A model generated the notes under the pieces. It searched no databases. It was not told the origin of the DNA and worked only from the letters and a program-made list of their open reading frames with translations. 64,000 bases of DNA, from contig DHVT01000026.1 of assembly GCA_002412775.1 (NCBI GenBank), positions 81,184 through 145,183 on the forward strand, in the 5' to 3' direction. A program made the translations under genes and the position numbers. Shown piece by piece: positions 54,039 to 63,859 of the stretch (positions are counted from its first letter, which is position 1; each line of letters begins with the position of its first letter). The DNA is from Firmicutes bacterium UBA5201 (GTDB lineage Bacteria; Bacillota; Clostridia; Peptostreptococcales; Acidaminobacteraceae).

Positions 54039-55004
54039 TCATGCCTTATTTAAACACATAAAAAAATCCGGCATTTCATGCTTACTTGAATTATGGGGAA
54101 TGATATGAATATTTGCCTTAAAAAAAGCGTCTACCACAATTGGATCAAATTGTGAACCACTATTTAATCTGAGTTCTTCAAATGCCTGTTCTTCAAGTAA
54201 TGCCTTTCGATATGGGCGATCTGAAGTCATTGCGTCAAACGCGTCTGCAACCGCGATAATCCTAGATTCCAGCGGAATCTCCTCGTTGGGTATAGCTTCG
54301 GGATAACCTGACCCATTGTAAAAACAGTGATGATATTTGATGAATGGTAAAATGCTTTGTAATCTAGTGACGTTCTTAAGAATATCTGGACCATTTGAGA
54401 CATGCTTTTTCATTTCATCCCATTCGGTTTCAGAAAGTTTGCTGGGGTTGTTAAGAATTTCCTTACTGACTGACAGTTTGCCGATATCATGGAAAATTGC
54501 ACCTAATCCCAAATTCATAAGACGTTCCTTAGAAAACGAGAGTTCTGTACCAAGTTTAAATGAATATAAATAAACATTATAGGAATGATTTTGTAAATAT
54601 TGATCCTTGGCGTCTATTGCTTCAACAAAAGACATTATAAGTTCTTTAGTCAACTTGCAATTTTCTTCTTTTTGTTGATTGAGCTCGTCCATATAAGATT
54701 TGATTTCTTGACTTAAAAATACAGCTAAAAACGAGGAACTAAAGAATATAAAACCTTGCATAACAATTGCCTTGAAAGGAAGCTGATTGAACCATGAAAA
54801 GAATGCGAAATTCAGGGATGATATTAAAAGTAAAACACCAAAGTTTTTACGTTTTAGAGTGATACCCCCAAAAATAATAGCAATAAGAAAAAAGCCACCA
54901 ATAAACATTTTAATAAAAATATTTATTAAAAATGCTAACGCAATAATTATAACCAGAAAAACCACATGGAAGGTTTTACTAAAGCTTAATAAATTCTGAA
55001 TCAT
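54039..55004 (-). CDS. Membrane-anchored HD-GYP domain protein (c-di-GMP phosphodiesterase type)
   Basis: ATG 55004 follows GAGGT. About four N-terminal TM helices. HSYNV...HDIGKLSV...HHCFYNGSGYP. Confidence 0.85.
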   Translation of the reverse strand: MIQNLLSFSKTFHVVFLVIIIALAFLINIFIKMFIGGFFLIAIIFGGITLKRKNFGVLLLISSLNFAFFSWFNQLPFKAIVMQGFIFFSSSFLAVFLSQEIKSYMDELNQQKEENCKLTKELIMSFVEAIDAKDQYLQNHSYNVYLYSFKLGTELSFSKERLMNLGLGAIFHDIGKLSVSKEILNNPSKLSETEWDEMKKHVSNGPDILKNVTRLQSILPFIKYHHCFYNGSGYPEAIPNEEIPLESRIIAVADAFDAMTSDRPYRKALLEEQAFEELRLNSGSQFDPIVVDAFFKANIHIIPHNSSKHEMPDFFMCLNKA

Positions 55005-55425
55005 ATAAACCTCATTTCTACAATTATTTAATTTTTTCACGCGAATTTTATTGGAAAACACGCAAGAATTTCTAGTTATTGTCTTTGGATTATAATGTTA
55101 TTAATATCATATCCAGCACAATTTTCCTTTTAATACCCATTAGTCTTAAGGATAAAACAAATATATCTTTGAGTCGCGCCAACACATAAATATGCAGATG
55201 GGATTATTCCAATTGCTTCATAAATCGGATTTTGCTTAGTCACTATCGCGCTAATTAAAGATTATACCCCGGATGGTCGATGCTTAAAAACTAAGAATTC
55301 AATGAGGATTAATCAACTGGTGAAACCTTGCCCTATTATTCGATTATACGTAAAAATACACTATAGGATAGACTTTTTTTATTTGTCTATTCTATAGGGT
55401 TCATTTTAACAGTACACTAGGTTCT

Positions 55426-55803
55426 TTAATCATTCAGACAAAATATCAATACTCCGATCGTGAAATTGTCGAACAATTGACCGAAAATCCATATTATCAG
55501 TATTTCATTCGCCTTCCGGGTTATCAGGAAGAGCAACCGGTTAAGTTTGGAGCAAAGTTTGACCTTAGTGTGGACGATAGTGGTTACAGACGAATTGAGA
55601 AAATATCCTATGATGCATACAATGAAAGCGAAGTGGAATGAATGTTCAGTTTAAGCAAACGATGCTACGGCATGGGGCTCATTCGAATCAAACTGGAAGA
55701 GACCACTCTCAACTCTATCGCGTTATCTGTATTTGTGACGAATCTTTTTATGGTTCAGTTGCGAGTACTTTTTGCGATGATTTTCAAAACACTCAAATAT
55801 TGA
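55426..55803 (+). pseudogene. Remnant of an IS5/IS1182-like (DUF772-type N-terminus) transposase gene
   Basis: A single frame reads LIIQTKYQYSDREIVEQLTENPYYQYFIRLPGYQEEQP..., then an in-frame TGA at 55639, then MFSLSKRCYGMGLIRIKLEETTLNSIALSVFVTNLF. At ~125 codons it is far shorter than an intact transposase. A 13-bp hairpin lies at 55362-55397 just upstream. Confidence 0.5.
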
Positions 55804-55971
55804 ATCAAATTTGCTGAATTTAGATTTATTAGAATTTAATCAGCATACACTAAATAAAGAAAAAAGCCAAATTTCTATGACTTTTTCAGTGTTCTCCATT
55901 TCGAGCAGTTTTTTTATACTTCTAATACTTGCTGGTGAAATCAGTTATTTTCCGATAGCCCCGTTTTAGTA

Positions 55972-57267
55972 TCAGCTATAGATCTCCATCAATACAGCTT
56001 TACTCGCTTCCAAATAGGCATCCAATTGAGCCATAGTATGTGCTGCCGACAAAAATAACCCTTCAAACTGCGCAGGAGGAAGTAGTATTCCCCGATCTAG
56101 CATTGCTCTGAAATATGTCGCATAAGCATTTGTATCACAACGCTTGACATCGTCATAATTGTTGATTTCACCTTCGGCGAAAAATAGACAAGGCATAGAT
56201 TTATATCGCTTGAATGATACTGGAAGTTGATGTTCTTCAATAAAAGGCACCATTTCCGATTCCAAATACTTCGCCATATCTTCCAAATTTTGATATACCT
56301 TTGGATTTTCCTTTAAATAATCCAACATTTGAATTCCAAAATACATCGCAAGTGGGTTTCCTGATAAAGTCCCAGCTTGATACACTCCGCCAAGTGGAGA
56401 TACTGTCGACATGATTTCAAGTTTGCCGCCATAAGCACCAACCGGTAACCCACCTCCGATGATTTTACCAAAACAAACCATATCCGGAATGATCCCATAA
56501 ACCTCAGATGCACCGCCATAGGCCAACCTGAACCCTGTGATCACTTCATCGAAAATCAGAATTGTACCATATTCATTACATAGTTCTCTAAGAGTGCTTA
56601 AAAATGATATCTCACTTGGCACCACCCCCATATTGCCTGCAACAGGTTCTATTATAACAGCCGCGAGCTCTTTCCCGTATTCCTCAAACGCTTTGATCAA
56701 CGAATTTGAGTCGTTATATCTCGTAACAATCGTGTCTTTGACCACCGATTCTGGAACCCCTAGTGATGTTGGAACACCATAGGTCAAAGTACCTGAGCCC
56801 GATTTCACAAGCAGTGCATCCGAATGTCCATGATAACACCCTTCGAATTTCAAAATCTTGTTTCTTGAAGTGAATCCCCGTGCAACTCGAATAGCACTCA
56901 TAGTCGCTTCAGTTCCGGAATTCACCATACGTACCATATCCATTCCCTCATAGGCATCAACAAGGCGTTCTGCCATTTCGACTTCAAGTGCTGAAGGCAC
57001 ACCATAACTCAATCCTTTGGATAGAATAGGATTCAAGTCATTTTTCATAAATGGTGGTGTATGTCCAAGAATCATTGGCCCCCAGGATCCTATAAAATCA
57101 AAATATTCATTTCCATCGACATCTGTCAGAATTGACTCCGATGCAGAATCAATCATTATTGGGTCCATTCCCACTGATCGAAAAGCTCTGACTGGGCTAT
57201 TAACCCCTCCAGGTATTACGAGTTTGGCGCGTTCATAAAGAGTTTTTGATTGCTCATGTCTCAACAT
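55972..57267 (-). CDS. hemL: Glutamate-1-semialdehyde 2,1-aminomutase
   Basis: ATG 57267 follows GAGAGG. IPGGVNSPVRAF and the PLP-lysine region FGKIIGGGLPVGAYGG. Confidence 0.9.
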   Translation of the reverse strand: MLRHEQSKTLYERAKLVIPGGVNSPVRAFRSVGMDPIMIDSASESILTDVDGNEYFDFIGSWGPMILGHTPPFMKNDLNPILSKGLSYGVPSALEVEMAERLVDAYEGMDMVRMVNSGTEATMSAIRVARGFTSRNKILKFEGCYHGHSDALLVKSGSGTLTYGVPTSLGVPESVVKDTIVTRYNDSNSLIKAFEEYGKELAAVIIEPVAGNMGVVPSEISFLSTLRELCNEYGTILIFDEVITGFRLAYGGASEVYGIIPDMVCFGKIIGGGLPVGAYGGKLEIMSTVSPLGGVYQAGTLSGNPLAMYFGIQMLDYLKENPKVYQNLEDMAKYLESEMVPFIEEHQLPVSFKRYKSMPCLFFAEGEINNYDDVKRCDTNAYATYFRAMLDRGILLPPAQFEGLFLSAAHTMAQLDAYLEASKAVLMEIYS

Positions 57268-57301
57268 AATGTTTCCTCTCACTTCCAACTTTAACATGTG
57301 G

Positions 57302-58288
57302 CTATAGCCACTTCTCTGCAATTAACTTTGAAAAATAGGTAATGATCAATTTCGCCCCCGCCCGCTTGAATCCAATCATCGTTTCATAAACAATAGATTC
57401 ACTGACAATGCCAGACTTGATTCCTTGATAGAGGAGTGCGTACTCCCCACTGACATTATAAACAACAAGAGGTTTTTTTATGGCTTCATTTAACTCATGC
57501 AAAATATCCAAGTACATCATGGCTGGCTTGACAATGATTAAATCAGCACCTTGATCGGTGCTCGCCCTCGCGACATCCGTAACGTCTTTACTGTTATGAA
57601 AATCCATTTGATAACTGCTTCTAGAGCCTTGTTTAGGACTTGAATCGGCAACAGCTCTAAATGGTCCATAATAGCTTGAGTGATACTTAATCGCATAGGA
57701 CATGATTGGGACGTTAGCAAAACCATTACTATCCAAAGATTGTCGAATAGCACCGATACGACCGTCCATCATGTCTGAAGGCGCAACCATATCTGCACCT
57801 GACTCGACATGGCTCAATGCAACCTTAGCCAAAAGTGTCACTGTAGGGTCATTATCAACACACCCTGAATCGGTTAGAACGCCACAATGTCCGTGATCCG
57901 TATATTGACAAAGGCATACATCTGTAATGACATAAAACTTGGGCGAGTAGGATTTCACATAGCGTATTGCCTTTTGTACAATGCCATTTTCATCATACGC
58001 ACAAGAACCGATTGAGTCCTTTTGTTCTGGAATGCCAAACAGCAAAACTTGATGCAATCCTAAATGCAATAATTTGTCCAATTCTTCATGCAACCTGTCA
58101 AGTGAATACCTATAAACTTCTGGCATCGCCTCAGTTGACGATTTGATGTTTTGACCTTCAACAACAAAAATAGGGGTAATTAAATCATCGATCGACAAAT
58201 GATTTTCTCTCACCATTTTTCTCAAATTGTCGTTTTCTCTGAGGCGCCTAAAACGATGTTTTACATCACAGGTGTACGACTGATCCAT
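57302..58288 (-). CDS. hemB: Porphobilinogen synthase (Zn-type)
   Basis: ATG 58288 follows GAGGAG. RFRRLRENDNLRKMVRE and the cysteine-rich DVCLCQYTDHGHCG. Active-site lysine regions are present. Confidence 0.9.
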   Translation of the reverse strand: MDQSYTCDVKHRFRRLRENDNLRKMVRENHLSIDDLITPIFVVEGQNIKSSTEAMPEVYRYSLDRLHEELDKLLHLGLHQVLLFGIPEQKDSIGSCAYDENGIVQKAIRYVKSYSPKFYVITDVCLCQYTDHGHCGVLTDSGCVDNDPTVTLLAKVALSHVESGADMVAPSDMMDGRIGAIRQSLDSNGFANVPIMSYAIKYHSSYYGPFRAVADSSPKQGSRSSYQMDFHNSKDVTDVARASTDQGADLIIVKPAMMYLDILHELNEAIKKPLVVYNVSGEYALLYQGIKSGIVSESIVYETMIGFKRAGAKLIITYFSKLIAEKWL

Positions 58289-60665
58289 TTTTACTCTCCT
58301 CACTTATGATTGTCTCTATCATTCCATCTATAGTATGGATCTTTGAAGTTACAACATCCTTATATCCCATTTCCATCAAAACATCCGTGGTTACAGGGCC
58401 GATGGATACAAGTAATTTGTCACATTCAATTTTAAAGTTATGACTCAGTAAATACTCATGAAAATACTTGGCGGACGAGCCACTTGTAAATGTGACATAG
58501 TCCACTTGACTCAATGTTTCCGCTGTGATTTCCATATCAGTTGATGAGCAAGTGCGATACACTGGGATGTGAACAAAGTCACAAATTGAACCAAAGGTAT
58601 CAGATAATAAAGTTCTTATATCTTCTGCTCCTGGAAGCAGTATGCTATCTTTCTTGCTGATCAATGGCTTCATCAATTTGACGATGCCTTCTTGAGTAAA
58701 TTGCTCAGGAATGTAATCGGCTTTAATGCCATACCCAATCAAACTACTCGCAGTAGAGGTTCCTATTGCGAGAACTTTCAAATGTGAAAGATGACGGGAG
58801 TCCATACCTTGTTCCTGTAAAGCCTTAAAAAACAACTTTACACCGTTCGAACTCGTAAACCATAGATGTGTAAAGCTTTTCAATTGATTGAACTGGTTCA
58901 AAAGTGGTCCTTGATCGACCTCATAGATTTCTATTGATGGGCTCTCAATGACCGTCGCACCGAGGTGACGTAATTTTTCTGAAAATGAACTTGCCAGAGC
59001 GCTGGCTCGAGTCACTAAAATTTTCTTGCCAAAAAGAGGCCTTTTCTCAAACCAATTTAAATCTTTTCGCAGACAGATTACATCGCCCACCGCCAAGAAA
59101 GCTGGTGATGCCACACCTGAGATGCTGTCCGCGTCATCCATGGTCGTTTCGTAAACCATCTGATTTCCAAGTGTGGCATTAGAAACAACTGCTATCGGAG
59201 TCTTGGGGTCTTTGCCTTTTCCAATTAATTCACTGCATATGTTCTTGAATTGACTTATACTCATAAGAAAAACCAAAGTTCCCTCCAGCTTTGAAATTGT
59301 ATCAAAATCAAGTCTCTTATCTTCTGAATTGAAATGACCAGTAAATACATGAAATGATGCCGCAACGTCCCTATGTGTTATTGGGATGCCGGCATATGCC
59401 AATCCGGAAATTGGAGAGGTGATCCCTGGAATCACTTCAAACGGAATTCCCTTTGAATTCAAGTGTATGGCTTCCTCTCCACCACGTCCAAATACAAATG
59501 GGTCACCGCCTTTTAATCTAACGATTCTCTTGTATGATTTTGCTAATTTTTCAAGTGTTCTATTGATTTCTTCCTGAGTCATGGCATGGTCGGATGCCGC
59601 TTTGCCAACGTATATTCTCTCAGCATGCTCCGGCACATATTTGAGAAACGCAGGTGCGACCAGTCTATCATATACAACCGCATCACATTGTTTGAGCCTA
59701 TCGACAGCTTTGATGGTGATCAGACCTTCATCACCAGGACCCGCACCGACCAATGAAACCATCACATCCGAGAACATTTTCTCGAGTGTAGCTTCAGCGG
59801 CTCTTTTGCCTAATGCCTCTGCATGATCTCGATCATCTGTAAGTTCAGTTTTATACAGACTACGTCCCTCAGAATCACCAAAAACAGTAGAAATTTTCAA
59901 TTGACGTCCATGCAAAGTCGCATATGCTCCAATTGGTATGTGACAACTGCCTTCTATAGCTTCCAAAAATGCCCTTTCAGCACGAACACAAACATCAGAT
60001 ACTTCATCGCAAATTGAGTTCAATAACACCTTGATATGATTGTCGTTCGTTCTGTATTGAAGTCCGAGTGCACCTTGTGCAGGTGCGGGAACTATTAAAT
60101 CAACATCCAGATATTGCGTGATTTTTTCTTTGATCCCCAGCCTGTGCATACCGGCAGCAGCAAGGATCACGCCATCAAGTAATTCTTTTGGGATTTTATT
60201 GATTCGAGTTTCCACATTGCCTCTTATTGGAACTGGCACAAGATCTGGTCTAATTCGCATAAGCTGATACAGCCGACGCTTGCTACCTGTACCAATTCTC
60301 GCCCCAGCTGGTAGATCATCCAATGTATTGAACCCCTCCCTGAGTACCAAAACATCTCTTGCATCTTCACGTACTGGTACGGAAGCTAGAGATAATTCCG
60401 GCTCGAAATGACTTGGCATATCTTTAAGACTATGGACTGCAAAGTCGATTTGACCTGCTCTTAATTGCTCTTCAATTGCACGTGTAAACAACCCTTTATC
60501 ACCAATTTTATCCAGTGGTGTCGTTTGAATCTGGTCGCCTTTAGTAATGATCACTTTTAAAATAAACTCATACTCCTGCCATTTTTCCTGAAGCTTGCTG
60601 ATGACCCATTCAGTTTGATTGACCGCCAAACGACTTCCTCTTGTACCCACGATTATCTGACGCAT
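58266..60665 (-). CDS. hemC-cobA-hemD: Tri-functional fusion: hydroxymethylbilane synthase (HemC) - uroporphyrinogen-III C-methyltransferase (CobA/SUMT) - uroporphyrinogen-III synthase (HemD)
   Basis: Single 799-aa ORF. aa 1-300 carry IVGTRGSRLA...HSLKDMP...GSCHIPIG. aa 302-540 carry VSLVGAGPGDEGLITIKA...LKGGDPFVFGRGGEE...IPGITS. aa 541-799 carry KRPLFGKKILVTRA.... Confidence 0.85.
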   Translation of the reverse strand: MRQIIVGTRGSRLAVNQTEWVISKLQEKWQEYEFILKVIITKGDQIQTTPLDKIGDKGLFTRAIEEQLRAGQIDFAVHSLKDMPSHFEPELSLASVPVREDARDVLVLREGFNTLDDLPAGARIGTGSKRRLYQLMRIRPDLVPVPIRGNVETRINKIPKELLDGVILAAAGMHRLGIKEKITQYLDVDLIVPAPAQGALGLQYRTNDNHIKVLLNSICDEVSDVCVRAERAFLEAIEGSCHIPIGAYATLHGRQLKISTVFGDSEGRSLYKTELTDDRDHAEALGKRAAEATLEKMFSDVMVSLVGAGPGDEGLITIKAVDRLKQCDAVVYDRLVAPAFLKYVPEHAERIYVGKAASDHAMTQEEINRTLEKLAKSYKRIVRLKGGDPFVFGRGGEEAIHLNSKGIPFEVIPGITSPISGLAYAGIPITHRDVAASFHVFTGHFNSEDKRLDFDTISKLEGTLVFLMSISQFKNICSELIGKGKDPKTPIAVVSNATLGNQMVYETTMDDADSISGVASPAFLAVGDVICLRKDLNWFEKRPLFGKKILVTRASALASSFSEKLRHLGATVIESPSIEIYEVDQGPLLNQFNQLKSFTHLWFTSSNGVKLFFKALQEQGMDSRHLSHLKVLAIGTSTASSLIGYGIKADYIPEQFTQEGIVKLMKPLISKKDSILLPGAEDIRTLLSDTFGSICDFVHIPVYRTCSSTDMEITAETLSQVDYVTFTSGSSAKYFHEYLLSHNFKIECDKLLVSIGPVTTDVLMEMGYKDVVTSKIHTIDGMIETIISEESKNGSVVHL

Positions 60666-60668
60666 ATT

Positions 60669-61217
60669 TTATTCCTTTCTCAACTTTTCAATAAGCGCAT
60701 CATAAGGCATATGCATTTTTTTTGCCTCATTTGAATGAATTGAAATTTTTTTTATATCCGTTTCCATTTCTTTCAGCACTGGTTTTAGCTCGCTGATGAT
60801 ATGACGTGCCACGTAAGGTGAACGATTTTTTCCTGATGCTGCCACAACATAATCATCATGAGTGATTGAGCACATATCTGAAAACATGCCTTTACCTCCG
60901 TCATCGATTCGATTATAAAGTTTATGACACTGCTCACATATTTCAGCAACTTGTTGGTTCACTGAACTAAGATTTGTCGAAATGATTACAAGATGATGTT
61001 CCATGAAAATTTCCTTATGTCTCTCATAAAAATCAGAAAAATACATCACGTAATCCGCATTGCGTTCAGCATCCGGGTCAACTGTTGTAACCGCGGCGAA
61101 ACAGCTTTCATAGCTGACTTTTTTTCTTGTGCCGATCAAGCCGTTTCCTACAATCAACACTTTCAATTTATTGGTGTTCAGTGCAATGGGTTTGATCGTG
61201 TATGTCTTTTCACTCAT
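60669..61217 (-). CDS. sirC: Precorrin-2 dehydrogenase / sirohydrochlorin ferrochelatase-like protein (SirC / CysG N-terminal type)
   Basis: LKVLIVGNGLIGTRKKV resembles the VGGG-VA-RK Rossmann motif. About 180 aa. Its position between hemA and hemC is typical. Confidence 0.6.
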   Translation of the reverse strand: MSEKTYTIKPIALNTNKLKVLIVGNGLIGTRKKVSYESCFAAVTTVDPDAERNADYVMYFSDFYERHKEIFMEHHLVIISTNLSSVNQQVAEICEQCHKLYNRIDDGGKGMFSDMCSITHDDYVVAASGKNRSPYVARHIISELKPVLKEMETDIKKISIHSNEAKKMHMPYDALIEKLRKE

Positions 61218-62451
61218 ATTGATACAACTCCTTGAGCATTTTTATATACGCTGTGCGCTTATCTTGATCATAGATGTTTTTCAGTTGTTCAATCGGTGGT
61301 TTCACCATCTTTTTAAGTGATGATTCAATAAGCTGTTCAATTCTAAGCAAATTTCGTTCATCGGATGCTAGATTCTTTCTTTTTATTGAAAGCATTGTTT
61401 CTTGTGTCAATTTCTGAATGGTCGTTTGCCATTCCCTTATGACATCGTCGATGCCAATAGATTCAACCCAAGTAATATACTGCTCTACGCGTTCCACCAT
61501 CATGCTTTCTATTGTTTTTCCTATGGACTCTCTTTTCTTATAATTGGATTCAGAGATGTCTTTCAAGTGATCGACGTGCCATAGGGTCAGATCTTCAATT
61601 TGTGATATGGAACTTTCTATATCTCTAGGCATCGCAAGGTCGATCCATAGTGCGCCTTTTTTATACCCTATAAGATCGTTTCTTCTGATCACAGTGTGTG
61701 GGGCTGCTGTCGAACTGATCACAAGATCACTCTCCAAAATGCAATCATACCTGGCTTCAAATGTCTCTATTCTTACTTTCGGGTGATTTAAGATTTCTTC
61801 AGAAAGCTTCTCTGGTGATCGAATAGAAACGACGATTTGTTGAACAGGTGACTCAAGCAAATGTTTTATCGCCAATCCCCCCATTTTTCCAAGTCCAATC
61901 ATCGCCACTTTATGATCTGCTGTCAAGTACCCAGCTTCATAGGCTTTTTTGGTTGCTATATAGCTCAAAGAAAGTGGGTTTTCTGAAAATTTCAATGAAG
62001 TTCTCACCATTTTTGAAAATGAAATGGATTCTCTGAACAATTTGTTCAACAATTTCCCTGCAAAACCTTCTTCTGTAGCCGCTGCAATAGCATTCTTGAC
62101 CTGTCCTAGAATCTGATCTTCACCAAGAACCGCTGAATCTAGCCCGCAAGCCACTTTAAACAAATGATTGACCGCATCGGTTTGTGTTTTATGATAGATT
62201 ATTTCCAGCTGATGGTCGAATAGCTTACCGATATAGACCATTAAATCATGACTTGTTTTTGAGTAATCGCTCATGGCACTGACAAAATAGATTTCAAATC
62301 TGCCACAAGTTGCAATAATAGTGAATTCTTCTATCCCGTCCCAAAACATCAAATCATCTTTGATTTGATCTAACGTGTTTTGATGTGACAAAAGTTCACG
62401 CTGTTCCACGGATGCTGTATCATGATTTATTCCCAAAACCCCGATTTTCAT
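61210..62451 (-). CDS. hemA: Glutamyl-tRNA reductase
   Basis: ATG 62451 follows GGAGGG. ATCGRFEIY active-site Cys region and NAD fold MIGLGKMG. Confidence 0.9.
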   Translation of the reverse strand: MKIGVLGINHDTASVEQRELLSHQNTLDQIKDDLMFWDGIEEFTIIATCGRFEIYFVSAMSDYSKTSHDLMVYIGKLFDHQLEIIYHKTQTDAVNHLFKVACGLDSAVLGEDQILGQVKNAIAAATEEGFAGKLLNKLFRESISFSKMVRTSLKFSENPLSLSYIATKKAYEAGYLTADHKVAMIGLGKMGGLAIKHLLESPVQQIVVSIRSPEKLSEEILNHPKVRIETFEARYDCILESDLVISSTAAPHTVIRRNDLIGYKKGALWIDLAMPRDIESSISQIEDLTLWHVDHLKDISESNYKKRESIGKTIESMMVERVEQYITWVESIGIDDVIREWQTTIQKLTQETMLSIKRKNLASDERNLLRIEQLIESSLKKMVKPPIEQLKNIYDQDKRTAYIKMLKELYQYE

Positions 62452-63233
62452 AAGCCCTCCCAAAGCAATTTCGTATCTATACCGAATTTTTCTGAGACTC
62501 TGATCATTAGCGGTCTCTCTAGTGACGCTTGCCGCATCACTTCTTGCTGTGACATGATGTCATGTGTCTTCCCATTTGCTATGATTCGTCCTTGATGCAT
62601 GACGTAAATGCGATCACATAATTCATAAATCAAATCCATATTATGACTTGAGACAACTACACTTCGACCTTCAAGGGCCAACTTCTTTATCAATTGAACC
62701 ATATCTTTTTTCATTTTGGGATCGAGTCCCGTCTCGGGTTCATCCAGTAGTATCGTTTCACACTCCAGCGCAAGAATGCCCGCTATAGCAACTCTCTTTT
62801 TTTGGCCAAAACTCAAATATTGAATAGGGGTTTTTTCAAATGCATCCGCTCCCACCAAATTTATGCATCTTTCAGTACGTTCGTTGACGATCGCTTTAGG
62901 TAATCCCAAGTTTTTGGGTCCCATTGATACATCATCATGAATCGATGTGTGAAAGAGTTGACGCTCGGGATCTTGTAAGACCATATTGATCTTCTGTCGG
63001 TGACTGATCAAACCGCTTTTACTGTAATCAATTTTCTCCCCATTTACTATCACTTCTCCTTTTTGAGGTTTGTGTAGCCCCAAAAGGCACTTGAATAATG
63101 TCGACTTGCCCGCACCATTTTCACCTATAACGCCGACAACAAGTCCTTTCTCTGTGGAAAAATCAATATTTTCAATACCTTGATTACTATATTCATAATG
63201 AAATGTCAGCTGATTGCATTTAATCATATTCAA
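62448..63233 (-). CDS. cbiO: ECF/cobalt transporter ATPase
   Basis: Walker A GENGAGKST, signature LSFGQKKRVAIAG, Walker B LLDEP. ATGA overlap with the hemA start. Confidence 0.85.
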   Translation of the reverse strand: MNMIKCNQLTFHYEYSNQGIENIDFSTEKGLVVGVIGENGAGKSTLFKCLLGLHKPQKGEVIVNGEKIDYSKSGLISHRQKINMVLQDPERQLFHTSIHDDVSMGPKNLGLPKAIVNERTERCINLVGADAFEKTPIQYLSFGQKKRVAIAGILALECETILLDEPETGLDPKMKKDMVQLIKKLALEGRSVVVSSHNMDLIYELCDRIYVMHQGRIIANGKTHDIMSQQEVMRQASLERPLMIRVSEKFGIDTKLLWEGL

Positions 63234-63859
63234 CTCCTGATATCGTGATAAAATCTTATCCTCATAGCAGATTCCATTTCATCCATCCTACTTAAAATAC
63301 GTATAAACAACATGGATGCCATCTGCACAACACTTAGAAAAGCAGTTTTCGGTTTGATGAAACCATATCTAAGCTGCTGTGAAAGAATCATGTCAACCGA
63401 CTCTTCAATGATGACAAAAAGCATTCTGTAGCTGAGTCCAAACAACTGCACAAAAGCACTTGGCATATGCAACATAACCATCCAATCGATGATCCTATTC
63501 ATCGGAATCGTCAGCGAAAGACTGAACACAAGCGCAAATGATGAGACTGATCTCAAAAATACACTTAAAGCAAAAAATATTCGTTCAGGTGACATACTCT
63601 GAGTGATGTCGAAAGCAATCATCAAAGCTGTGATTCCTGTAAAAACAACTGGTACCATCATCAACTTTGCCAATGTGATAACCCTGATTCTCGTAAGAAT
63701 AAAAATAGTTGCAAAAGCGACTGCCAAATTGACAAAATATAAAGCCCAAAAATCCACAAGTATACTCACTACCAAAACAATTAATGTCATGGTGATTCGA
63801 GTCCCTGTAAAGACATTATTATATTTACTTTTGTACGCTATGGCATCGACATGAATCAC
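63230..63859 (-). CDS. cbiQ: ECF/cobalt transporter transmembrane (T) component
   Basis: Polytopic 209-aa protein between cbiN and cbiO. It is shorter than many CbiQ proteins. Confidence 0.7.
   Translation of the reverse strand: MIHVDAIAYKSKYNNVFTGTRITMTLIVLVVSILVDFWALYFVNLAVAFATIFILTRIRVITLAKLMMVPVVFTGITALMIAFDITQSMSPERIFFALSVFLRSVSSFALVFSLSLTIPMNRIIDWMVMLHMPSAFVQLFGLSYRMLFVIIEESVDMILSQQLRYGFIKPKTAFLSVVQMASMLFIRILSRMDEMESAMRIRFYHDIRS

Noticed and set aside
55080-55360. Small minus-strand ORF (VTKQNPIYEAIGIIPSAYLCVGATQRYICFILKTNGY), considered as a peptide-signal or bacteriocin-like gene upstream of the HD-GYP gene.
   Set aside because: It has a GTG start without an RBS, no processing or export gene nearby, and no recognisable leader motif.
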